Shown in pieces: positions 46,680 through 58,883 of a stretch of 64,000 nucleotides of DNA (position 1 is the stretch's first letter; every line of letters begins with the position of its first letter). The notes under the pieces were generated by a model. It did no database searches. It saw only the letters and a list, made by a program, of their open reading frames with translations, and was not told the origin of the DNA. The DNA comes from Takakia lepidozioides (lineage: Eukaryota; Plantae; Bryophyta): positions 73,594,001 through 73,658,000 of the forward strand of contig CM060732.1 of assembly GCA_030704615.1 (NCBI GenBank). The letters run 5' to 3'. A program made the position numbers and the translations under genes.

Positions 46680-49600
46680 TTACATTACTAGAGACGTTGG
46701 CCTTAGATATGGGACGGTCTGGGAGCTGCCATGACCTGGTGAACAATCATACAACCATAAGGTTCCACAATATCTTTCGTTACATGGGTCCCATTGCAGC
46801 AGAAGACCTGAAAACAGCTGTCTCCACTTTCAAGCAGAATTAAGAGAGTTCACCTTCTGATGGTGGACCAAAGTTGTGAACGAGGTGGCCAATTTCACCA
46901 ATGGAAGTTCTTACAGTTCCATAGTGCCCAATCGTCCAAGCTCTGCTCTGCTGTGTTCGACTAGCATGCACTTCAAAAGAAGCATGGCAGTCAGATACAC
47001 CCACTAGCTCACCACTGCTGCTGCTCTCTCCATCTCCTGCACCATACCCCTTCCCCCTAAGCTGTCAGAAAATCAAAGGAATCACTTCATCAAGATCACA
47101 AGGGTCAACAAAAGCCTCTTGATTACTTCGCCTGGTCCAGTAAAGAATGGTCATGGCAAACTTTAGAGATGAAGGATGTCTCCCATTGGGATCTGCTCTA
47201 CAGAGCAACTAGGCATACAAAGCACAATTAGTCCCAACTGTGGGTGCGTACATGCTTCATCAAGCAATCGTATATCTGAAGCACATTCTCGTGCCTATGC
47301 CCTAAAAGTCACAGAACTGCAGAGCTCCCACTGCAGAGCTCCTAACTCCCTTCACTATCAACCTTTCTGCATATGTAGGAAGAGGAAAACCTCCAAATTT
47401 TACTTCGCCTGGTGACAGAAACGAGCTGAGAGGAGGTGAGGATTTGCAGGAATATTCAGATGAAACTGTAGCAGAGGATGTACGGTTGAAGGCCTTCCTA
47501 CGCAACAACGGTGCAGCTGCTTCCTTCTCCTCGACTCGGGCCCTGCACACTCGCATGTCATATTGTAGTCTGATCTCCCGCCAATTTTTGAGTGGTGTCA
47601 AGAACTTAAAATACAGCTAGTATGTAAAGGGCAGATCTCAAATGTCATAGAATGATTGATGTGTTATGAGGGAAAATCAAGGTAGCATCAGGATATGCAA
47701 CAGGATAGTGCCTACATCATTCAGTAAGAGTGAACAAAGAAGGTGACCGTTCAAGCCCTCCCATGAATGGTTCCTCTGGCATGGATGTGCACAGAGTGAT
47801 AACAAATATAAAGTTGGACAGTTTGTGTTAACCTTAACATGAGTATGTTATATTACAAGGCAGTGACTTTGAGGCCTACCTTGAGACACCAACAGAGCTG
47901 AGGTGGTTGCTTTCCAGGCCTATGATCCCATCAGCTCCAAGTTCCTCCTTCCCCTCCAATGGCAGTGACTTTTGCACCGCCGGTGCAGGGCTTATTCCTG
48001 GTTCCAACGGTTGCAAAGCTTGCTGACAGCCTTCCCCAAGGACTATCTGACTCTCCTCAAGGTTGATGCTTGGAGGACCTTCATTACTTGTCACATGTGA
48101 AGCAGTTGTCCTTGTAGTCTGGGAATCTGGGAATGGTGCCATCAGCTGTTTGAGCCTGGCCTCATACTGAGGAGAAGATAAGGGTGTCACAGGCGTAGTG
48201 GGTGATGAGTACCCCTCTCGCTGCTCACAATCAGACTCCATTTCCTCCGAGGAAGCCAGATTACTTCGTGACAGTCTATCAGACCTTTGCAATTCAGGAG
48301 CCCTGGAAAGTAGCAGAATTGCTGAATTCTGAGCAGGGATGGACGGGATGCTAGCGTGCAAGGATTGAGTGCATTGATTGCTCCTGGTAAGAGATGATGG
48401 GGTCAGAGTCTGCTCTGCAATAGAAAGTGGGGTGGTAAAATCAACTGAGGGTGACACAAAGTGCCCAGAGCCTGTAATATATGCAGGCACTTGCGATGGT
48501 ACCACAGCTCCAGGGCCCAGTGATCTGCTTGACCCAGCAGGACTCTTTTCTGAAGTCTCGACACCCACGCATTTCCATTGAGATTGAACAACTTCCTGTT
48601 GCTTGACTTCCTGCTGCTCGTATGGCACCTGTCATATTTACAGAACACACAGCACCTAGATACGTCAACCACATGCAACTACAATGCAACTATGTATCTC
48701 TGAGATTGGTGTGGAAGCATGATTTTCAATAATGAATGGTGTGTCCATCCAGCTCACTGCATGGTGTGCAGTGAGCTGGGTCAATGTGTTGATCGTCCTT
48801 CATGTGGTCTACCAGACACCTTGAAATTAACCCTACTGTGGTATATGCACTTGCACAGGACAACTCATAGGTTCTTCACATCCCTCAAATAGGATGGTTC
48901 AAGTTGCACCTGAGCTGGAGGGAGGGACACTGAAGGAGCCCTCAATTGTGAGAAATGGACTTCGCTGGTGGAAGTTCCCTGCTCTACAAGGCATGCTTGT
49001 TTGGGAGGTTCCATTGACAGCTCATGCTCTTTTGTTTGGCATTCTTTCTCCTCTAAACATGTCAAGGCTGTGCCTCCTTCCACAGGGGAGAGTGGCACTC
49101 TCAGTCCAGCTGCCAGTGGTGCGGAAAATGGCAGGTGAGATTGCCATATGTCAGTAGGAGGAATCCAAACTTGTACCTCTTCATCAACCTGCATCACATG
49201 TCTGCAGGGTCCAAAGAGAGTAACTAGCAAGCGGTGCCCGTTGTAAGTGTACTGAGAAAACCTTAGATTCAATGTACACATGATCGTCAGGTGTGGCAAG
49301 AATGTGAAAATTAATGGGACCAATTGCAGATACTGCACACCTTAGAAAGCTCTATGTGACAAATTAACAATAGACCTGTCCTCCACCTAGTGCTTGCTAA
49401 TGTGCTTGCTGCAGTCCTTCAACCTTCAACATTCAACCTTCAGTCCATCATGCAGTTTGCTAACCAAATGCAATGTTCAGCAATGAAAACTCATACCTGT
49501 TGTTGTCTATAGCCACAGGCTCCAGGCTACTTGGAGGTTGAGGGGCATTCTGCAATGGGTCATCCCGCAAGATTGTCTGTAGCACAATCTCCAGTAGTGT

Positions 49601-52600
49601 GTGCTCCAACTCTTCAGCCTCCTTCTGCTTTTGTTTCTCCCCTTCAGAGATTGAGCTTGAGACTTTCCCTGCCATGCTCAGTGCAGTAGAACCGAAGTCA
49701 TTCAGCCGTTTATCTAAGATATCACTGGAAATATGGAATTTACTGTAGACATCAGAAAGTTCCTCATGGCTGAAACTCTTTGAAGTTGTATCCCGCAGAG
49801 CCAAACCAGGTACGTCTTCAAAGTTGCTACAGACACCATCTATGCCTGAAACCGGGGATGATAGCTCCGAAATAGCAGAAACCTCTTGCAAGAATTCACA
49901 CATTTGCAGCTTTGTTTTGTCCGCCTGACAACGCTGGAAAACTTGTTCCTCAGAAACCTCTGCAGTTGGCTGCTCAATGACCGCCTTCTCCTCATCAGAG
50001 ACACCAAGCACACAAACTGCTCTGTTCCTTGAAGAACATGGGTGTCCTTGCAGATCCAGCATCTCAGTCTGAGGACTATCTGCAGCTTTGAGGTCTACCT
50101 CTGCCTCTAGTTCGATGGGCACCTCAGAATCACCCAAAGCATCTGAAGCAGTACTTGAACCTGAGTAATCGCATACAAGCTCTTGAAGTGCCTTCGATCT
50201 GCTTGTCTTGACTTCCGCATCAAAGTTGTGCATCTGTAGGTCAATATCCCCTCTCAACAGGACTTTTTCTTGTAAGCTTTTGGACTCTTGGTGCAAACTG
50301 CCACAATCACTTGATAGACGCTCCTTGAACTTTTTGTGAATCACTTTCTCAAGTCCAGGTATATATCTTGTCCAGTTTTCATCCGCACCTTGACCTTTCA
50401 TAGCCATACTTCCTTTGCTGCTGAGTTTCACTGGACCAGACTGTCTTGGTAGTCCTTCTGTACAGTGGGCTACTGCTAGTTTTGTTACCCTCTTAGTTCG
50501 TGTATCAATTACTCTCCTGATATAATTGCCTGTGGTTTTAGTCTCCTTCAGCTTGTGAGCTCCACGGTTGACAGTTGAAAGGACTTCAGGCACCCTACCA
50601 AAGATTGGACTTCTTTGCTGACAGTCCTCCAAGCCAGAGAAAGTAACACGTCGGAAGGGGATCTGTTGCACTGGGTTTTTTCTGAAGTGTGGACTGCCAG
50701 TTAGCTGGACTTTCTTATGGGCAGTTCTCTTGTTGCAGGTAGTCTGTGGAGCTATGTAAGGTGTATCACTACCAGTGTCAAAACTCTGCCACTTTGATGG
50801 GTCAACATTTCTCTCACCAAGCCTGATCCCTTTTGGGAAGTATCTCTGGTCCAGTGACCTTATTTTCGTCCCCTTCAGACTCCCAGGCTTCGCTCTTCTT
50901 AGAATCTCATTTTGGTGATCATAAACAGTTCCAACGTTCATAGGTTTAGCTAATCTCTCCAGTATCAAGCGCATGTCAGAGACAGCCTTAGACTCAGTAA
51001 TGCATTCTGATCTGCGTTTAGCAGATAAGCCTGTTTTGAACAAGAAGTCAGGTGGCCGCACATTTCTCACCCTTACACTTGCTTTTGCATGACGGTTGTC
51101 GAAAGTTGGATGAGGTAGGACCTCCATATAGCTCGCAAGGGGGGGTCTAGGTTGTGCCATTCGATCTACCCATGCTGGTGTACCTCCTTTTCTTCGGATG
51201 GAAGTCCATTGTCGAGTTTGAGGACGAGGTTGAGAGTGTTTCACACACACATGTGGCTGTATTTGTGGGCTGTTTCGAGTTATCTCATCTCTAACAACAT
51301 GCTGGCTGTTCCTTTTCGCCAGCATATGTTCCGCAGTAACAACCCTTTTTGGATGAAGTATGTCAGAAGCATCTGGATTACCCACCTCCACCCCACCCAC
51401 TGCTGGGGAGGTGAACAAGTTGTGAGATGATGTCGAAAGTTGTACATTAGGAGAGCTCAGCTGGAGTTGCAATTTGCCAGCACTTGATCGCAACAACTTA
51501 TTCCCAGGCTCCCGGCCTGGAGAAACTGTGCTCCGATGACGCTTGGTTCCAGATATAATAGAGGCAGCCAAATCTCCTGATGCAATCCTTGAATCGATAT
51601 CTTTCCTCATGCTCATGATAAATGCCCTCTCTTCTTCTTGGTCACCCTGAAGTGTCAAGTGTAAACAGGAATGATCACGTACCTTTGTTCTTTGCAATGT
51701 ATGCGAAGTGTTCATTAAAAAATGTTTGTATGAGCACTGAGTAGAAAGCCACTCTTTTTAGTCTGAAAATATGTTGTGGTTTTAGTTTTTTCCCCTTATG
51801 CCGTAAATTTGGGATCTCCCTCCTTTCCAAAACAAAAAGGAAAAAAGAAAAAAAAGTGCCAAAAGTAAGGTTAGTTCACTGATGCTAAGATAGAACAAAC
51901 CAGACTACTGGATAACAGGCTTCTGCTCATTGGAATGCTATGCAGCAGTCCAGTACCCTTTGATTAGCAGGTCTTGTCATACAGCTGCTCACTTCTTGCG
52001 ATACCCACATGTTTGGCTTGAGTAGGTCAAACAAACAGATTGGGCAGATTGACTGACATATCTAGGTTGCAGCAAGTTGACACTGAGTGAGAATCTCTTA
52101 GTGGCTGCGTCAGACCTGTGCAGGGAAGAGCAGGTCAGGATGCAAACAAGGGATATGTTGGAAAGCCACAGCTTGGTTTTGGGAGCGAACCCTTTCCCGT
52201 TGCTCCAATTTGATCCGCTCCCTTCCAAGATCCCTGAGTTCCTGTGCAGCCCCGACCCCACAGAAAAAACCATATACACTCATTGCAACACCACTTTCAC
52301 AGCAAAGATTGTGACTATGAGCAGGTATAACTATTCGAGCATTGTATAGATTTCTGCCTCAACTCAAACTCAACTAGAAACTCCAAACTCTCACATTCTC
52401 CAAAGAAAATAACTTCTGCCACTGCTGACAGCTCACTACACTCGTAGGCAAACAGGACAGCACCACGAGCAGATATGTGCGACAGGTTTTCTAAACCTTA
52501 CTCACGTCTAGGAACTGTCTGCAACTTCGACTTCCTAGTAACAGATTTGCAATTAAGAAAACCCTGTAGGACGGGAGAACCTGGTGCATCAGGTCATAAA

Positions 52601-55600
52601 ACTCCCCCCCAACAGCATCCTTGATTTCCTTTGGGCGCAGAGATCGTCCCTTCTGTGGGGTTTGTTGCAGATGTCCTTTAATTTGGGTACTGGCAGGAGC
52701 CTGCTGGGTGATCTTGAGCTTGCTCACAGCCTGTGCAGCAGCCACTACTGCTCTGTCCAGTTTTGTGTATCTATATGCCCTCTGTTGCTCCAGTTGCTTT
52801 TTAAGCCCCACCTGACCATAAGTGTGCTGGAAAATGAAGCCCGTAAGCATTATATATTAGTTTTCATGGGTCAGGCATTGCTGTTTTAAGAAGGGAAAGA
52901 AGAAAGCTTTTTTGGTGGGTAGGAGGAAAGGGAGGACAGGGACAGCTTCATAGTTCAGTCAAATGATAAGTTTTGGGTGAAGAAGGAATAGTCACTGTTC
53001 CTGAATGTAGTTCACGCGTGGTTGAGGTCATATGTCGGCTCAGACCTTGACTGTTTGTTTATTGGCCCCCCCACCAAACCCAAAAATCTGAGCTGTAATT
53101 CTCCTCACAAATCTGAAATGTGAGGGAACACCTTAAGAGACTGGCAGGGAAGATAAACTCAAACTAGAAGACCGCTGGCAACCATTTAATGTGTATGTCT
53201 TCCAAAAGGTATCAGGTTGTAGGGCTGACTGACTTGGTTCTTACCTGCTCCTCAGCTGGAGATTTCCTATCAGGCACATGCTCCAATGCTGTTTTCCCAA
53301 GGTTTGGTTTGACGGTGCCATCTCCTATCATCACTTCAATCTCCTTAGCTAGACCCGCTGCAGCAGCTGCCCGGTCCACATCAAAGACCTGTGACCTTGA
53401 ATATGGAGACATGCTCCAGTTCTTCGGTGTTGTGTTTGCATGTTTTGTCTGATTCAGCTAGAAATGATTGCATAGACAATATGTTTGTTAAACTGACAAG
53501 CGAAAGTTTGAGCAAAACCAGACATCATACCATGGTCTGGATGAGGAGAACATTCTGGATGTCACTATGGAGCAACAGCAACAGAAACTACAAACATTCT
53601 CTCAACATGGTTCATACAGGGGTAGGAAGCAACGGGCAAATTTCACTATATCTAAAAGAAAGAGGGGTATTTGTTGTGTGTTGGTGATACTTCAAGAACT
53701 CATTAAAGAAGAATTCACTTTCCGAGCAGGAGTGCAAACAAAAAACTTGGAATCAGAATTACTTAGAAGGTGGGACTGCAGATCATGATGAGATGTGTGT
53801 TTCCAGTTAATACTCAAACTATGAGAAGTGCACATAAAAGTATCCGATCATGACCCTACAGGCATGACATTCCCATTCTGTTTGCTGTTGGGAGCAGCAT
53901 GCATACCTACTCCCACCAGGTCTGCCATTCAGCACCATCAACACTCCAACTTACTTATACAAATCAGACAGCTACAGGAGGGGAAAGGCACAAAGCTGAA
54001 GACTCTCAGCCCTGCACCTTGCTGCTCCAGTAACCCAAGTTCCAAAATAAATTCGGTAACTTGCTTCTTTTAGGACAAAGAGGTTCCTTAGGGGTGCATA
54101 GATCTTGCAAACATAGGTACACAAACATGACCTTGTAGTTGCATGACAAGGTTACCATTTCACCATTCTGATTACTAGTTTATTCCTTACTTGGTGCAAC
54201 GCTTGTTCTGGTGCAACATCAGTCTCCAGCAGTTGACTCCACTCCACTGCACGTCCTGCCTTGCACTGACATTCTTGTAGAATCTCTTTACTGTCATGTG
54301 CTATCATTTGGCTCTTGTAGTCGCTGTAAAACTTGAGGCCACCCGTGGATACCACCGTATTTGCTGATCCAGGCCCTTGTGTAGGCGGCTTATTGACAAG
54401 TGTTTGTCTGGCACTTGGAATGGGAATGCTCCTACTACACACCAGATCCAGCTGAGGCACATCTTTATAGCCCAGTGACTTCTGCCTAAGTTGAGGAGAA
54501 TCTAAGTCAGAGAAAGGTATTGTCTGAATGCTGTCAGGTTTAGCTTTGCATATATCCTCCGGAGGAGCAATACTAGCTGCTCTACCTTGTCGTTGCTTTT
54601 TGCTGCCAATTTGAGAACACCTAATGTGACATTGATCACTTGTTTCTTGTGGTTCCTCACACCTTGAGGCACCTGTCAAGCACCCAGCCCTTGGGACCTG
54701 AGAGGCAAAACAAATAACATCTTATAATTCTTGGTGTCTCCTGCCTCGTTTCCACACAGCGCACTGCATAGAGCTCACTTTGAGGTTCCAGAATAGCTCT
54801 CATTTTACCCTTCACATACATATGTTGATCTTGCTCGCTCAAATCGAAAACAATTCCACATTAATGCTTTTTGTATTTGATTGGATATGAACGACCATCC
54901 TTTCTGAGGGCTCACCGCAAAACCTGCCAGAAAGTAAATCAGCAGCATATTGAAGCTCCGTTGAGGCTTTTTTGTCGATAGAGTATTGGGAGAGGGTCCC
55001 ATGACACTGCTTCTTCACTAGGTTGTGGGCACTACGTTGTTTGTGTTTCAGAATGGGCTTGTTTGGTTTGTCACTGGAACCTGTGAGCACATTAACACCA
55101 TCTTGTCTTGCTGGAATTGTTCCAGTGTAAAGGCGAAGATCACTATAGGACCTGTCAGTTGCCAGCACCGGATCCTCCATCCTCTCTCCACTTGGTGACT
55201 TCTGCATCTTTCCACCCTCAACCTTCTTGTCCTTGTCTGTCAAATGCCCAATCTCCTCTAGTGTAGTTTTGTCCCTCTTCAACTCGTGGCTGGCACAAAG
55301 GTTGAAGTTACTTAATAGCAAGTCGGCTCTCTTTGAAAAACTAAGAGATTTTCCTGCACGCGCCAGCTTCTGTATCTTTCCCTCCATAGTCTCTGGCTCA
55401 TTTGTCACATGCCCTACTTCTTCTGCTGGAAGTTGATCACCCTTGAACTGATGATTGACACCAAGGTCAAGATCATTGCATGGGCTTGCAACTGCTTCTG
55501 CCACATCACAAGTTTTATCTCTACTGGGCAGTTTCGTCGTCAGACTCCCACATTCTTCAACTAGAGTGTTGCTACCCCCTGACAGATGACCCGCATGGCC

Positions 55601-57935
55601 TGTAGACAAGGCAGCCATTACCTCTTGCAAATATAAGTCTGCATCCACAGACACACGGCAAACCGAGGGTGTATGGTGCTCTGCAATGAATTCCACATCT
55701 GGATTTTCATCATCATTAGAGTTGTATAGGTCTGTCAGTCTTGCGTTTCGAATAGAATTCCACCCTGTCGATGTGGCCTTAACAGCAGATACTGGAGAAG
55801 CCATAGAGTGGCAGAAGTCTGTTCGACCACTTAATCCCTGCTTCCATGACCAAAAGCACTGCATCAATTGGGGGGGTCCATGTATAGCCTGACTGAAAGA
55901 CTTACAATATACGAGGGGAAGTCATCCATAACGAGTAAGACAAAGTGAGGACAAGCTTAGTAGACAGGGTGCCAGACTTCTTTTCGCCTACTACTGGGCC
56001 AAGTCCTATTCTGAACATTTCAGGGTTCTGCCACAACGTAGCTCTATTTTATGGAGCAGCAGAAAGCCCCTTCATGAGAATGACACATGAAAACGACGTA
56101 CCTCTAGAGCTCGTTTTATCCTCACTGCCAATCTCGTAGCTGCGTCACCTTCTCGGCTTGAATTGTTCAGCAGTCTTTTGTTTCGAGTTAACTCAGAACT
56201 GGGATACAAGGATTTTCCCTGGTCTTCAGACGGCCCTTTCTCAGCACTGGAGAATCTAGGAGCTGCTACTTCCACTTTCATTGGGTGCACAGGGATGGGA
56301 CCAGGTATGGAGAAAAGAGAGGCAAGGTTAGAAGGTGGTGACACCAACATGGCAGCTTTGGAAGTTCTCATACATTTGCATTTAAAGAGCTATAATGGTG
56401 GCATCTATCTGTAACATAATGCTCAGTTGAATCAGGACTACTAAACCCTTGGGCATTCTAAATTTCTCTCTCGGTTCTTCTTTCCTCCTTCAAATCACAA
56501 CCACAAGGATTGTCGGTTTGTTGATGTGAGAAGAATGAGGAGTAACCTGATTCTGGGTCCTGGATGTCTTTGCATTATCATTGACACTGAGGGAGTGTGT
56601 TTCTTGCTCTTGTTGTGGTTCTAGCACCTTCTTATACACCATGTGCGGCTAAATTAAGCACATGAAAGCAAGGCGGGTTTCATCAAGATCAAGTTGCAAT
56701 CACTGTTGCAGGAATTTCACAGACGATATGCGACAGTGGAGATAACGAGGAACAAACTCCAGGAAGGTGTATAATTTGTGGAAATCAAGCATAAATAGTT
56801 CAATATATTTTTGCCGTTGTGAGTTACACAATTGACCAACAATAAGGGGCATTCTTCCCAGAATGCAACCCCAGGAGAATTTTATTGAAATGTCAACAGG
56901 CCACAATGGTAGGTTACCTTCTGAAAGTAGAGGGTCACGAATTGAAAGTACGGGTGCTGTAGCTGGTAATGCACTGTTTGAATTGCTTGCAAGTGCTTTG
57001 ATATGTGAGTCTAAACCTGCATCCCCTTCTTGCCTTTCCAACATGGGCCCCTCCCGTATAGTCTGCAAGCTGTGAGCAGGAAAGCATGTCAAAGCTTGCC
57101 AAGACGAACCCACCATGGCTGCGGATTGTACACTTATACCACTGCCGGAGTTCTGGGTTTGCTCCGAAGGTTGAAGCACGCTTTTGCAGTTTTGGCCATA
57201 GCCACCTGTCTCAAAGGCGGCGTTGATCCCTCTTAGATGAGAAACTTCACTGTCACTCTGCACGGGATCTGGCAAGGCAAAGGACCCGCGATTACTCGGG
57301 GCAACCCAACTTGGATTTGCTGTGAACACCATGCTGGCACCTACACGAACAGCAGAGTCTGTATGACATTCACAAACATCCTTGCCAACAGAAATGGCAT
57401 CTGTGCTTTTCAGTTCATGGCAATGCCTATTACATTCCAGTGATTGAGAGTGCTCCGCTTCGTTCGTTAAAACTTTCTTTCCTGCCTCCCTCTCTGTCTC
57501 ATCTATCCGTGTCTCTGAATCTGTCTGTGTCTCAGTCTCTCTGAGAAGCGCAATCTGCATCTTCTGTATGTGTGTCTTGGGCGTTGTCCCTTGTTCCGGC
57601 TGTGGCTCACATTCGCGCCGTTCCCCACTGCTGCCAGTTTGAGGCCTATTCGCTCTGGTCTCTGGAAACCTCCAACTCTCATCTCCGGAAATCTCCAACT
57701 GATGGCAGACCACGCTACTTGTAGCTCCACACCTTGCAACAGCCAATGACGAAAGAGAATAGGGATCAACAGCGTCCAGAGACGATGTGTCGGTGCCAGT
57801 CACATGGATGTGGGCCTGACGAGCATGCGCGCGCCGAATCTGCTCCACTTCCTGCTTATATCGGCGGGCTTCCAGCCGAAGCATCGCCAGACCATGCCCA
57901 CTGCCATCTGCACTTTTCCCCCTGCTTCCCTCCAT
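46680..57935 (-). CDS. Very large multi-exon uncharacterised protein, mostly low-complexity
   Basis: Series of long same-strand ORFs (411, 342, 175, 119, 751, 157 and 250 aa) flanked by plausible GT-AG sites. No recognisable domain. Exon structure and 3' end uncertain. Confidence 0.55.
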
Positions 57936-58883
57936 TGCATGGATTGCACAACCAAAATCCTAAAATGGCCCCTCTATAGAAGACTCAAAACCACCTGCAC
58001 TTTGACCATAATCATCAAAGGAGAGATTCCTCACAGCAGTACTCCCCACAATATCACACAGTCTTGGAATATAACGCGTGCTGAAGTTGCGCACTCACCC
58101 ATGAGAAAGACACCTCAGAACTCAGAACCTTCAAGCTCACACACGAGGTACCCACATTAGAAGTAATGCAGCTACCATGACAGCTTCAATGGTGGCCATC
58201 CTTGGGCAGCATGCTGCTGCTGACTCGCTATTCGCCCAGTCGTCCATTGCAAGTCCCACCCGCAACTCAACACAACGTTCCATGCATTCTTGTTGATTGT
58301 GTCTCTTTCCCTCTCATCATTCACACTCTCTCCCTCGCTTACGCATTTGTTCAATGGGCCTCTGTGGCTTTGAACTCACAGAAGCGGGACCCACCACTTA
58401 CTCAAACAGATCGGCGTCACCCACCATCACTCCGACAGAATTGACCAACATTCGATTATTGACGCTGGAAGATTACGAGCCTCTTGGACTTTGTATTGAT
58501 CGCGATGGTGGTGATGGAGGACGTGTAGCTGTGGATCTGCTACAGCTAAACACCTTCCATTCTGTGCAAGCAAAACCGAGCTTCTTTACTTAGGTAGCCG
58601 CTTCATTAGTTTATCCCGTCGTTGGTCGAGATCCTTCTTGTAACTTTGATTTCTTGGTTTACAATCTGAGAATGGTGAGCAGCTCAATCGCGCCTTAATA
58701 GGTTCGCCGGCCCGGGGTCATTGGCGTGCTGCAGGAGTTGCTCTTATTAGCACGTATGTCTCTTCTATCTGTTGTCGGCACTACTTATTTTCTTAGACCA
58801 TCTAACCTGAACAGAATGACTCTCTGAAATTGCTCGTCCAGCTGCTGGGGGCAGACCTCCTCTCTATTGCTCTGTCTACCAGG

